A DNA stretch of 64,000 bases from Nitrospirota bacterium (GTDB taxonomy: Bacteria > Nitrospirota > UBA9217). Shown here piece by piece: positions 49,880 through 59,776 of this stretch (positions are counted from its first letter, which is position 1; the number at the start of each line of letters is the position of its first letter). Location of the stretch: the NCBI GenBank assembly GCA_963737155.1, contig CAVTRN010000001.1, positions 224,001-288,000 of the forward strand. The letters are read 5' to 3'. Both the position numbers and the translations under genes were made by a program. The notes under the pieces were generated by a model. It was not told the DNA's origin and searched no databases. It saw nothing but the letters and a program-made list of their open reading frames with translations.

Positions 49880-51339
49880 CCGCGTATTCACGGCTACGTA
49901 TCGCAGCCAGCCTGGTGCTCATGCTGGCCATCACTGCCGCTTGTGGCTTTAAAACGGCCCCCATCATTCCCCCGAGCCCGAGACCCGAATCGGTCAAGGA
50001 CATTAAAGCAGAAACACGGGGCGCCACCGCGTATTTATCCTGGCCCATACCGGCCCGGAATGTTGAAGGCAAAAGCATAAAACCCGCTGATATCGTGCGG
50101 TTCCGCATCTACCGCGCAGAACTCGGGCGGAGTAAAAGGATGGGCCGCTACCGGCAATACGCTGAAATAAAAATGTCGAACCCCGGACCGGCTACAGTGG
50201 CCAACGGCATTGTAACCTGGAGCGACGAGCATTTAAAATACGGGCAGACCTACGGTTACCTGATCAGAGCAGTGAGCGCGCGCGGGGGCATCAGTCCTCA
50301 GTCAGAAGAGATCCGCCTGCTGCCGCTCCTCCCTCTGGATATTCCGCACGGCGTCGTGGGGGTCGGCCTTGATGGCTATGTCGACCTCACCTGGGCGCCG
50401 GTGACGACATGGCTCGACGGCGAACCTGCCACAGGATTTATCGGATACAATGTCTACCGCGGCACCGACAGAGGCCGCCATGATGAGACGCCGCTGAATA
50501 AAGAGCCGCTGAGGGACGCTGCCTACAAAGACTCGGCGGTCTTGAATAATCATACTTATTATTACATCGTACGATCCGTGGCGAACCCGGTTGCACCGTG
50601 GAACGAAAGCCCGGACTCCGCAGAAACCTCGGCAACGCCCAAGAACCTGATGCCACCTCACAGGCCGACGGGGTTGACTGTGGTTCCGGGAGTGAACCGG
50701 GTCTTCCTGACCTGGATCGATAACAAGGAAGCTGATCTTGCGGGATATTATGTATACCGGTCGACCGGGAGCAGTGAACCATATAAACGGCTGACGGACA
50801 AGATCATCGACCAAACAACGTTTTCCGATGATACGGTCAAGGGCGGCGTCACGTATTATTATGTTGTCACCGCTTTAAATCAAGCAGGGAGCGAAAGCGA
50901 ACCGTCTGTCCGGCTGAAAGCACGTGTTGAAAAAATTTCTGAGCATCCCCGTGTACCTTCCATAGTAAAACCGGCTATCCCGAGGAATGCGACCCCAGGT
51001 TCAGCAGAAACCTCGACAATACCGGGGAACCTGACGCCGCCTCACAGGCCGACGGGATTGACTGTGGTCCCCGGAGTGAACCGGGTCTTCCTGACCTGGA
51101 ACGAAAACAAGGAAGCTGATCTTGCGGGATATTATGTATACCGGTCGACCGGGAGCACTAAGAAATATAAGCGGCTGACGAGCAAGATTATCGACCACGC
51201 AACGTATTCTGATGAGACGGTCGAGAACGACGTCACCTATTATTATTTTGTCACCGCCGTGAATCAAGCGGGAAAAGAAAGCAAGCCGTCTGTCAGGGAA
51301 AAAGTATATGTTGAAAAATTTTCATTGCATAACCGTTAA
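49876..51339 (+). CDS. Lipoprotein with fibronectin type III domains
   Basis: Lipobox ITAAC followed by GFKTAP; repeated FN3 signatures (LTW...GYxVYR...YYYxV). Confidence 0.88.
   Translation: MTAYSRLRIAASLVLMLAITAACGFKTAPIIPPSPRPESVKDIKAETRGATAYLSWPIPARNVEGKSIKPADIVRFRIYRAELGRSKRMGRYRQYAEIKMSNPGPATVANGIVTWSDEHLKYGQTYGYLIRAVSARGGISPQSEEIRLLPLLPLDIPHGVVGVGLDGYVDLTWAPVTTWLDGEPATGFIGYNVYRGTDRGRHDETPLNKEPLRDAAYKDSAVLNNHTYYYIVRSVANPVAPWNESPDSAETSATPKNLMPPHRPTGLTVVPGVNRVFLTWIDNKEADLAGYYVYRSTGSSEPYKRLTDKIIDQTTFSDDTVKGGVTYYYVVTALNQAGSESEPSVRLKARVEKISEHPRVPSIVKPAIPRNATPGSAETSTIPGNLTPPHRPTGLTVVPGVNRVFLTWNENKEADLAGYYVYRSTGSTKKYKRLTSKIIDHATYSDETVENDVTYYYFVTAVNQAGKESKPSVREKVYVEKFSLHNR
50618..51322 (+). 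repeat. Intragenic direct repeat of one FN3 domain (about 320 bp, offset 384 bp)
   Basis: About 50618-50939 and 51002-51322 share long identical DNA runs, e.g. aacaaggaagctgatcttgcgggatattatgtataccggtcgaccgggagca. Confidence 0.9.
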
Positions 51340-51407
51340 TATCGAAATACCGAACAGAGATCGTTACCCGGTTGCCGCATGCCATTTCCTATGGATCAGG
51401 ATCAACC

Positions 51408-52670
51408 ATGCATGACTTCCAATACAAGAACGGGCAACTTCACTGCGAAGGTGTGTCCGTAAAAGACGTGGCCCAGCGAGTGGGCACACCGTTCTACCTG
51501 TACAGCAGCAATACTTTGACAAATCACTTTCAGGCCTTTAACCGGGCCTTCGACGGGATTCCGCACATCATCTGCTACGCCCTAAAGTCCAACTCGAACA
51601 GCGCAGTGCTTCGGGCGCTCGTGGGGGAGGGAGCAGGCGCGGACATTGTGTCGGGAGGGGAGTTGTACCGCGCGCTTCGGGCCGGGATAGACCCCAAGAA
51701 GATCGTATACGCCGGCGTGGGCAAACGGCGGGACGAAATCGAATATGCTCTCAAGATTGGGATTCTCATGTTCAACGTCGAGTCCGGTGACGAGCTTCGG
51801 GCACTGGATCGGGCCGCGGGCGAGATGCACGCTACGGCCAGGATTGCGCTCCGCGTCAACCCCAACATCGATCCCAGAACTCATGAGTATATTTCAACCG
51901 GTCTTAAGGAAAACAAGTTCGGAATCCCCATCGAGCGGGCACTGGAGTACTACCAATTGGCACAGTCCCTGCCGAACATCGAGATTATCGGCGTACATCA
52001 GCATATCGGCTCCCAGATCACCGAAATCCAACCCTTCGTGGATGCTTTGGAGAAAGTGATCGCGTTCGTAAAAGATCTTCGGGCTGCCGGTATCGGCATC
52101 CAGTATATTGATATCGGTGGTGGACTCGGCATAACGTACAAGGATGAAACACCTCCGCTTCCCCGGGAACTCGCGCAGGCTGTGCAGCCGTTGTTACAGG
52201 AATGCGGCTGCACGCTGGTGCTGGAACCCGGCAGGGCGATCGTTGGCAATGCGGGCATCCTCGTTACCAGCGCCATGTACCATAAGGACAGCGGGGAAAA
52301 GAAGTTTCTGATCGTGGACGCAGGGATGAACGACTTGATCCGGCCCAGCCTGTACGAAGCTTATCACGATATCCGACCGGTTGTGAAGCCCACTTCCGCG
52401 GAGAAGGCGGTATTCGATGTCGTCGGACCGATCTGTGAATCGGGAGATTTCCTCGCAAAAGACCGCGAATTGCCCCTGGTACAGCAGGGAGATCTTCTTG
52501 CCGTGATGAGCGCAGGCGCATATGGATTTTCCATGTCGTCAAATTATAATTCCCGCCCGCGTGCTGCGGAGGTTTTAGTAAAGGGAAGCGAATATTGCAT
52601 CGTCCGGGAGCGCGAGACCTACATCGATCTTGTCAAAGGCGAAAAGATCCCGCAGTGGCTTGAAGGATAG
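51408..52670 (+). CDS. lysA: Diaminopimelate decarboxylase
   Basis: YALKSN (PLP Lys), HIGSQI, DIGGGLG, EPGR, GPICESGD. Confidence 0.98.
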   Translation: MHDFQYKNGQLHCEGVSVKDVAQRVGTPFYLYSSNTLTNHFQAFNRAFDGIPHIICYALKSNSNSAVLRALVGEGAGADIVSGGELYRALRAGIDPKKIVYAGVGKRRDEIEYALKIGILMFNVESGDELRALDRAAGEMHATARIALRVNPNIDPRTHEYISTGLKENKFGIPIERALEYYQLAQSLPNIEIIGVHQHIGSQITEIQPFVDALEKVIAFVKDLRAAGIGIQYIDIGGGLGITYKDETPPLPRELAQAVQPLLQECGCTLVLEPGRAIVGNAGILVTSAMYHKDSGEKKFLIVDAGMNDLIRPSLYEAYHDIRPVVKPTSAEKAVFDVVGPICESGDFLAKDRELPLVQQGDLLAVMSAGAYGFSMSSNYNSRPRAAEVLVKGSEYCIVRERETYIDLVKGEKIPQWLEG

Positions 52671-52696
52671 CATCGGGGAGGCATGGCAATCTTCCT

Positions 52697-53509
52697 ATGA
52701 AAAAGGTACCTTTTTACAAAATGCAGGGAAGCGGGAATGATTTTCTGTTGATCGACAACCGTCGGGGAATCCTGAAAGGGAAGAATCTAAAGAAGCTCGC
52801 GATCACCCTCTGTCACCGGCGCTATTCGGTCGGCGCCGACGGTTTAATCGTGATAGTCCCCTCCAGGAAAGCCGATTTCAAGTGGCGTTTTTTCAATGCC
52901 GACGGAAGTGAGGCGGAGATGTGCGGCAATGGTTCGCGTTGCGCCGCTCGTTTCGCGTATCTTAAAAAAATAGCGAAAAAGAACCTGTCTTTTGAAACGC
53001 TCTCGGGTATCATCCGCGCCGAGGTGCGAAAAAATGTCGTTGAAGTCCAGCTCACGGGCGCCTCGGGTCTGCGCATGAACATCGCGGTTCCGCTCGACAG
53101 CGGCCTGCGCATGGGTCACTATATCAATACGGGCGTGCCGCACCTCGTCTATCTTTCGAAGAACCTCGAAAGCGAGGATGTAGACCGCATCGGGAGGACC
53201 ACCCGCTTCCACGATTTATTCAAGCCAGCCGGCACTAACGTAAATTTTCTCCAGATCCGGGACAGGCATACGATACGAATACGGACGTACGAACGTGGCG
53301 TAGAGGGCGAAACGCTTGCTTGCGGCACTGGCTCCGTTGCCGCCGCGCTCGTGGCTGGCGCGCTAGGTGCGGTTGTCTCTCCCGTCGATGTGCTGACCTG
53401 GGGGGGCGAAAAGCTTGTCATTTCCTTCGAGCGGACTGCGGAAGGGTTCGGCAATATCCACCTTGCGGGAACGGCCGAGGTGATCTGCGAAGGAGTGGTT
53501 TATCTTTAG
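52697..53509 (+). CDS. dapF: Diaminopimelate epimerase
   Basis: GSGNDF, EMCGNGSRC, ERGVEGETLACGTG. Confidence 0.98.
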   Translation: MKKVPFYKMQGSGNDFLLIDNRRGILKGKNLKKLAITLCHRRYSVGADGLIVIVPSRKADFKWRFFNADGSEAEMCGNGSRCAARFAYLKKIAKKNLSFETLSGIIRAEVRKNVVEVQLTGASGLRMNIAVPLDSGLRMGHYINTGVPHLVYLSKNLESEDVDRIGRTTRFHDLFKPAGTNVNFLQIRDRHTIRIRTYERGVEGETLACGTGSVAAALVAGALGAVVSPVDVLTWGGEKLVISFERTAEGFGNIHLAGTAEVICEGVVYL

Positions 53510-53593
53510 TTTCGGGCTTCGGATTGCGGGTTGAGCGGATGCAACTTAAATCCCGAGACTCGCGGTTCATCAACTGTTTTTAAGGGAGGCTGT

Positions 53594-54466
53594 ATGTTTA
53601 AAGGTTCTATGGTTGCAATAGTAACCCCGTTTAGAAACGGGAAGATCGATGAAAAAGGACTCGGCGATTTGATCGAGTTTCAAATCAAGAACGGCACGGA
53701 TGTACTGGTGCCCTGCGGCACTACTGGTGAGTCAGCAACCCTGTCTCACGAGGAGCATCATCAGGTTGTGGAATTCACGGTTAGGACGGTAAACAGGAGA
53801 GTGCCCGTGATCGCGGGCGCCGGTTCGAACTCGACGTCTGAGACGCTGGAGCTGACGAAATACGCGAAAAAGGCCGGCGCCGACGGCGTGCTGCTTATCA
53901 CACCCTATTACAACAAGCCCACGCAGGAAGGACTCTATCAACACTTTGAGACCGTGGCGGACTCCGCAGACATCCCGATAATCCTTTACAACGTCCCGGG
54001 AAGAACAAGCGTCAATATGCTTCCCGCGACAGTGGCCCGCCTTCGGAAAAAGAAGAACATCGTCGGCATCAAGGAAGCTTCAGGCGACATGAAGCAGGTA
54101 AGTGAAATCATCCGGCTGTGCGGACGGGACTTTGACGTGATTTCCGGCGACGATTTTACGACACTGCCGCTTCTCTGCCTGGGAGGCGTCGGCGCCATCT
54201 CGGTGACGGCCAATATCGCCCCTGCCGACTGCGCCGCCCTGTTTGACGCCTTCTTTACTGGAAAGCGGGATGAAGCCCTCAAACTTCACTATAAGCTTGA
54301 GCCTCTTCATGGCCCGATGTTCATCGAGACCAATCCGATCCCGGTCAAGACTGCACTCGCACTCATGGGCAAAATTGCAGAAGAGTTCCGGCTCCCGCTC
54401 TGTCCCATGGCGGATGCAAACAAGGAAAAGCTGAAGAATGCATTAAGGGATTACGGATTGATCTGA
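53594..54466 (+). CDS. dapA: 4-hydroxy-tetrahydrodipicolinate synthase
   Basis: GTTGES, PYYNKP, LYNVPGRT, GIKEASG; SD GGAGG. Confidence 0.98.
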   Translation: MFKGSMVAIVTPFRNGKIDEKGLGDLIEFQIKNGTDVLVPCGTTGESATLSHEEHHQVVEFTVRTVNRRVPVIAGAGSNSTSETLELTKYAKKAGADGVLLITPYYNKPTQEGLYQHFETVADSADIPIILYNVPGRTSVNMLPATVARLRKKKNIVGIKEASGDMKQVSEIIRLCGRDFDVISGDDFTTLPLLCLGGVGAISVTANIAPADCAALFDAFFTGKRDEALKLHYKLEPLHGPMFIETNPIPVKTALALMGKIAEEFRLPLCPMADANKEKLKNALRDYGLI

Positions 54467-54578
54467 CCGATCGACAGCGCCCGTGGCCGCGGAAGAACAC
54501 GGTAAAATCTGGGTTACGCGCTTTCGGACATTAATCAACGTCCGTCCGTATCACTCCATGGTAAAAAGGAGTTTTTTC

Positions 54579-55382
54579 ATGATCAAGGCTATCGTGACCG
54601 GCGCAGCCGGCCGAATGGGATCGCGCATCATCAACATTCTCTCCTCGTCAGAGGGCATCGCTCTTGGTGGGGCGCTGGAGAAAAAAGGACACCCTCTGAC
54701 TGGCCAGGACGCCGGCGGGCCTGCGGGAATCGCCGCAACCGGCGTCAGGATTGTCGATGATCTTTTCACCGCCCTCGAGTTCGGCGAGGTGCTCATTGAT
54801 TTTACATTTCCCGAGGTGAGCCTGCAGCACATCCGTTCCTGCAGCGCCCGGGGTAAGGCCATGGTCATCGGTTCGACTGGCTTTTCCAAGGAACAACTCG
54901 GAGAAATCGGGGAATTAGTGCAGAATACCCCCTGCGTGCTCTCTCCGAACATGAGCGTCGGTGTGAACGTCTGCTTTAAAATTCTTGCCGATCTTGCGAA
55001 GACACTGGGGCCGGATTTCGACGTGGAAATAGTTGAAGCCCATCACCGGCTGAAGAAAGACGCACCGTCCGGTACCGCTGTGCACATGGGTGAGGTTGTG
55101 GCCAGGGCCCTCGGCCGCGACTATCGTCAAGTGGCTAATTTTCATCGTGAGGGTATCACCGGCGAGCGATCGAAGGAGGAGATCGGGATGCAGACGATCC
55201 GCGGCGGCGACATTGTCGGCGAGCATACGGCATATTTCATCGGAATGGGAGAGCGGATAGAGCTGACGCACCGCGCCCATACCCGGGACATGTTCGCTCG
55301 CGGAGCCGTACGAGCGGCGAAATGGGTCGTGGGCAAAAAGCCCGGATTATACGATATGCAGGATGTACTGGGCTTGAAATAG
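54579..55382 (+). CDS. dapB: 4-hydroxy-tetrahydrodipicolinate reductase
   Basis: GAAGRMG, EAHHRLKKDAPSGTA; SD AAGGAG. Confidence 0.98.
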   Translation: MIKAIVTGAAGRMGSRIINILSSSEGIALGGALEKKGHPLTGQDAGGPAGIAATGVRIVDDLFTALEFGEVLIDFTFPEVSLQHIRSCSARGKAMVIGSTGFSKEQLGEIGELVQNTPCVLSPNMSVGVNVCFKILADLAKTLGPDFDVEIVEAHHRLKKDAPSGTAVHMGEVVARALGRDYRQVANFHREGITGERSKEEIGMQTIRGGDIVGEHTAYFIGMGERIELTHRAHTRDMFARGAVRAAKWVVGKKPGLYDMQDVLGLK

Positions 55383-55433
55383 CGTTTTTTAGTTCAAAGA
55401 AGCAATCATCTAATATCTGGAAGGGAGTTCTCA

Positions 55434-56210
55434 ATGAAAAGACTTCAGGTTCTTGCAATTGTTCCCGCTGTGTTACTCATGTTTTTTTTCGCGTCCGCAT
55501 CGCAGGCTGCGGACAAAAGCGATAACAACGTCGCCGAATGCCCCCAGCTTGATAATAAAGAGGCTGACGTCATCATCAAAAAAATCATCCCCGACGCAAA
55601 CACTGTGGATGTCAAACAGTCGCCAATCAAGGGTGTATGGCAGATCGATGTTGAAAAAGGCGGGCAAAGGGGGGCGATATATCTCGACTGCTCGAGAAAA
55701 TACCTTATCCAGCTTATATCGCTCGAGGACTATCTCAAGCGGATGCAGGCTCAGCAGCCCCCGGCGAAAGTTGATGTTTCGAAGATTCCCCTCGGCGATT
55801 CTATTACCTTGGGCTCAAAGACCGCCGCGAAAAAAGTGATTGTGTTCAGCGATCCGGACTGCCCTTATTGCAGGAAGCTGCATGAAATCATAAAGCAGGT
55901 CATCGCCCAGAGGCCCGATATCGCATTTGTCGAAATTCTGCATCCCCTGCCGATGCACAAGGATTCTCCCAAAAAAGTCCAGGCAATCCTGTGCTCGAAA
56001 TCGGTGAAGATGCTCGATGAAGCTTTTTCGGGGAAGCCGGTGCCGGAGCCGCCCGCAAACTGCACTGCCGCTGCGATGGAACGGAACATAGCCCTGGCCC
56101 ACTCGTTAAATTTCAACGGCACGCCGACGTTGGTGCGCGACGACGGGACTGTGCTTTCTGGCTTTCTTCCGGAAGACAAACTTCTCGAATGGATCGATAA
56201 GAAGCAGTAA
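55434..56210 (+). CDS. dsbC: DsbC-family disulfide isomerase
   Basis: Signal peptide, N-terminal dimerisation-like domain, FSDPDCPYC, GTPT cis-Pro loop. Confidence 0.88.
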   Translation: MKRLQVLAIVPAVLLMFFFASASQAADKSDNNVAECPQLDNKEADVIIKKIIPDANTVDVKQSPIKGVWQIDVEKGGQRGAIYLDCSRKYLIQLISLEDYLKRMQAQQPPAKVDVSKIPLGDSITLGSKTAAKKVIVFSDPDCPYCRKLHEIIKQVIAQRPDIAFVEILHPLPMHKDSPKKVQAILCSKSVKMLDEAFSGKPVPEPPANCTAAAMERNIALAHSLNFNGTPTLVRDDGTVLSGFLPEDKLLEWIDKKQ

Positions 56211-56224
56211 ACCCGGAGGTCCCG

Positions 56225-56977
56225 GTGAGATTGGTGCGGTTTGAGGTCGAAGGAAGAGCGGCATCCGGGATTCTGGCCGGTGAGGAAATCGCGGAAGTGG
56301 ACGGCGATTTTTACCGCGCCCTAAAAACCACCGGAAGATTTCATGTTTCACAAGTAAAACTTCTGGCACCGTGCATGCCAGGTAAAATTGTTGCGGTCGG
56401 ACTGAACTACCGCGACCACGCTGCAGAGATGAGGCTCGCCGTCCCCGGCGAGCCGGTCGTTTTTCTCAAGCCTCCTACATCAGTAATCGGTCCCGGCGGG
56501 ACCATTGTCTATCCCGCGATGAGCGAACAGGTGGACTACGAGGCCGAGCTCGGGGTGGTCATCAAGGACCGGATTCACAGCATCAACCCTGATCAGGCAA
56601 AAGACCATATCCTGGGTTATACCTGCGCCAACGACGTAACGGCCCGCGATCTGCAGAGAAAGGACGGTCAGTGGACCCGCGCTAAGTCTTTTGATACGTT
56701 CTGCCCAATCGGGCCCTGGATAGAGAGCGAGCTTGATGCAAGGGACCTGCTCATCGAATCGTATCTGAACGGAGAGCGGCGTCAGTCGTCGCGGACATCG
56801 CAGCTCATTTTCCCGGTGAGCTATCTCATAAGCTTCATTTCGAAGATCATGACCCTCGCTCCCGGCGACCTCATAATAACCGGGACACCTGCAGGCATCG
56901 GTTCGATGAATCCCGGTGACGAAATCGAAGTGCGGATAGAAGGGCTCGGCAGTTTAAAAAATACGGTTGCAGGATGA
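56225..56977 (+). CDS. Fumarylacetoacetate hydrolase family protein
   Basis: VGLNYRDH, DYEAEL, NDVTARD, AKSFDTFCPIGP, TGTPAG. Confidence 0.94.
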   Translation: MRLVRFEVEGRAASGILAGEEIAEVDGDFYRALKTTGRFHVSQVKLLAPCMPGKIVAVGLNYRDHAAEMRLAVPGEPVVFLKPPTSVIGPGGTIVYPAMSEQVDYEAELGVVIKDRIHSINPDQAKDHILGYTCANDVTARDLQRKDGQWTRAKSFDTFCPIGPWIESELDARDLLIESYLNGERRQSSRTSQLIFPVSYLISFISKIMTLAPGDLIITGTPAGIGSMNPGDEIEVRIEGLGSLKNTVAG

Positions 56978-57098
56978 CCTTTTGAAACACAGACAGACGA
57001 GGAGACCGTGGCTTGAGGGCAGCAACGAATCTGTGTTCATGTGCAGGCTTAAGCGTCCGGAAATTATAGACCATCCAGGACAGGAGGACTGACAGGCC

Positions 57099-58343
57099 GT
57101 GCGGACATCGAATGAAAACTTTATCCAATCTCTTTTTGCTGAGCGTATCGGGGGAAACATGTTCGGCAAAGAGCAGAAAATCTATAAATTCGAGAAAATC
57201 AAACGCGCCAAGCGAGCCGCATTAGCGGCAAACCCGGGCGCCGAACTCATCGACTTTGGCGTAGGCGAACCTGATGAGATGGCCTTTCCCGGCGTTGTCC
57301 AATCTCTTCAGAAAGAGGTGGAAAAACCCGAGAACCGCGGCTATGCCGACAACGGCATCCCGGAATTCAAGGAGGCCGCCGCCCGCTATATGCAGACAGT
57401 CTACGGCGTAAACAATCTCAATCCTGAAACAGAATTGCTGCACGGCATCGGGAGCAAACCGGTCCTCGCCATGTTCCCGGCAGTTTTCATCAATCCCGGA
57501 GATGTCACGCTCATGACCGTCCCGGGTTATCCGGTGATGGGGACACATACGCGCTGGTGCGGTGGCGAAGTGATCAATCTGCCCCTTTTGGAAGAGAATA
57601 ACTTTCTACCGGACCTCCATGCTGTTCCTGCCAGTGTCCGGAAGCGCGCAAAGCTCATCTATATCAATTATCCGAACAATCCGACCGGCGCGGGAGCAAC
57701 AGCTGAGTTCTTCGCCACGGTGGTGAGATTCGCGAAGGAGAACAATATCGTCGTGGTGCACGACGCTGCCTATGCGGCGCTCACCTATGGTTCCAAGCCT
57801 CTTTCCTTCCTTTCCGTTGCGGGAGCAAAGGACGTGGGCGTGGAGATTCATTCGCTTTCCAAGGCGTATAATATGACGGGCTGGCGTCTTGCATTCGTTG
57901 CGGGTAACGAGCGGGTCATTGCTGGCTACGGAAACGTCAAGGACAACTATGATTCTGGTCAGTTCAAGGCAATCCAGAAAGCGGGTGTATACGCCCTCAA
58001 CCATCCCGAGATCACCGCAGAGATTACGGCCAAGTACGGGCGCAGACTCAGGGCCATGGCAGACGCTCTTGCGGAACTGGGATTCAACGCAAAAGCACCG
58101 GCTGGAACGTTTTATCTTTATGTGAAAATTCCTGCCGGCATCAAGGGGGGAAAACGCTTCGCAACCGCTGAGGAATTCTCGGAGTTTCTTATCACTGAAA
58201 AACTCATCAGCACCGTCCCTTGGGATGATGCGGGATCTTATATCCGGTTTTCGGCGACATTCGAATCAAAAGGAAGAGCGGACGAGCAGCGGGTTCTCGA
58301 TGAATTTAAAAAGAGGATGGCTGGCCTTCAGTTCGAGTTTTAG
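57099..58343 (+). CDS. dapL: LL-diaminopimelate aminotransferase
   Basis: Class I aminotransferase motifs (DFGVGEPD, NYPNNPTG, DAAY, SLSKAYNMTGWR); clustered with dapA, dapB, dapF and lysA. Confidence 0.88.
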   Translation: MRTSNENFIQSLFAERIGGNMFGKEQKIYKFEKIKRAKRAALAANPGAELIDFGVGEPDEMAFPGVVQSLQKEVEKPENRGYADNGIPEFKEAAARYMQTVYGVNNLNPETELLHGIGSKPVLAMFPAVFINPGDVTLMTVPGYPVMGTHTRWCGGEVINLPLLEENNFLPDLHAVPASVRKRAKLIYINYPNNPTGAGATAEFFATVVRFAKENNIVVVHDAAYAALTYGSKPLSFLSVAGAKDVGVEIHSLSKAYNMTGWRLAFVAGNERVIAGYGNVKDNYDSGQFKAIQKAGVYALNHPEITAEITAKYGRRLRAMADALAELGFNAKAPAGTFYLYVKIPAGIKGGKRFATAEEFSEFLITEKLISTVPWDDAGSYIRFSATFESKGRADEQRVLDEFKKRMAGLQFEF

Positions 58344-58418
58344 GCATCCATAGCCGGTAGCAGACGAACGCTGAAAGACCGCTCCATCATCGGGGTCAAT
58401 TCGCGCCTGAAAGTATTT

Positions 58419-58904
58419 ATGTCAATTATCGCATATATCGCCCTCGGCTCAAACTTGGGAGACAAAATGACAGTCTGCCGGCAGGCAATCGGCCTCCTGA
58501 ATAAAAGCGGCCGGGTAAAACGTGTTTCCTCCTTTTACTGCACGGAACCAGTCGGGTATCCGAACCAGGAAGACTTTGTGAACGCCGTAGTCGAGATGGA
58601 AACCAATCTATCTCCGCTGGCATTGCTGGCGGCGTGTCATGTGGTGGAAGATGCCCTGGGCCGGAACAGGCTGATCCACTGGGGTCCCCGCACCATCGAT
58701 CTCGACATTTTATTGTACGGCAAAAAAGTTATTGATACCGCCGAACTATCCATCCCTCACCCCCTGATGTCGACGCGTGGATTCGTGCTGGTGCCGCTCT
58801 GCGAGATTGCATCTCAAGCAGTGCATCCGGTATTGCTGAAATCCATTGGTCAGTTACTGCGCGAACTCCAGGATCCTCACCGGGTCAGGAAATGCGATTC
58901 ATAA
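58419..58904 (+). CDS. folK: 2-amino-4-hydroxy-6-hydroxymethyldihydropteridine diphosphokinase
   Basis: YIALGSNLG, WGPRTIDLDIL, IPHP. Confidence 0.96.
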   Translation: MSIIAYIALGSNLGDKMTVCRQAIGLLNKSGRVKRVSSFYCTEPVGYPNQEDFVNAVVEMETNLSPLALLAACHVVEDALGRNRLIHWGPRTIDLDILLYGKKVIDTAELSIPHPLMSTRGFVLVPLCEIASQAVHPVLLKSIGQLLRELQDPHRVRKCDS

Positions 58905-58914
58905 GGCACGCCCT

Positions 58915-59580
58915 ATGAACAGACAAACAGACTCCGTTCTCCATACGAAGTATCTCGTAACCGAAGGTCCTATAGGCGTGGGTAAAACGAGCCTGACTTC
59001 CCTCCTTGCCGACGAGCTTGGCGCCCGGCTGATCCTCGAGCGGGCAGAAGAGAACCCGTTCCTGTCAGATTTTTATAAGAATGCCGAGCGGTACCGGTTC
59101 CAGACGCAGATGTTCTTTCTCCTCAGCCGGTTCAGCCAGCAGATGGAAGTGTTTCAACCCGACCTCTTTACGCGAATAACGATCAGTGATTATCTGTTCG
59201 ACAAGGACCGCATTTTTGCCTATCTCACGCTCGACGAGCACGAGCTTCCCATTTACGAGCAGGTATACAAAATCCTAGAGCCTAAAATTCTAAAACCCGA
59301 TCTCGTGATTTTTCTTCAGGCTGACACCGATACGCTGCTGCGCCGCATCAAGCAGCGCGGAAGGTCTTTTGAAAAGGAAATCAACCACGATTACATTGCG
59401 GCCGTGAATGAGGCATACAACAGCTTCTTCTTTCGCTACAGCGACACACCGCTCCTCGTCATCAACACTTCGGACATCGATTTTGTCCATCACAGAGAAG
59501 ACCTCGACGATCTGCTCAAGCAGATTCTAAGCATGAAGCAGGGCACGCAGTACTACGTTCCGGCTTCTCGGAAACGATAG
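58915..59580 (+). CDS. Deoxynucleoside kinase
   Basis: EGPIGVGKT P-loop, NPFLSDFY, RIKQRGR lid. Confidence 0.93.
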   Translation: MNRQTDSVLHTKYLVTEGPIGVGKTSLTSLLADELGARLILERAEENPFLSDFYKNAERYRFQTQMFFLLSRFSQQMEVFQPDLFTRITISDYLFDKDRIFAYLTLDEHELPIYEQVYKILEPKILKPDLVIFLQADTDTLLRRIKQRGRSFEKEINHDYIAAVNEAYNSFFFRYSDTPLLVINTSDIDFVHHREDLDDLLKQILSMKQGTQYYVPASRKR

Positions 59581-59776
59581 CTGAGCACGCTGCATCTCTC
59601 CGTCGAAATTTTTCACCTCAAACAATTTCATTGAGTCATGTGAACATCATGATGCTGTCCTCCCTCACTGATTTCCTTTGCTGCTCATATAAATGTCACG
59701 GCTTATGCCGCGATTTGCCGTAAAAACGGTTTTACCATTGCGGTTTTTCCGGGAATTGTGTAAGATTCATCCAGCC

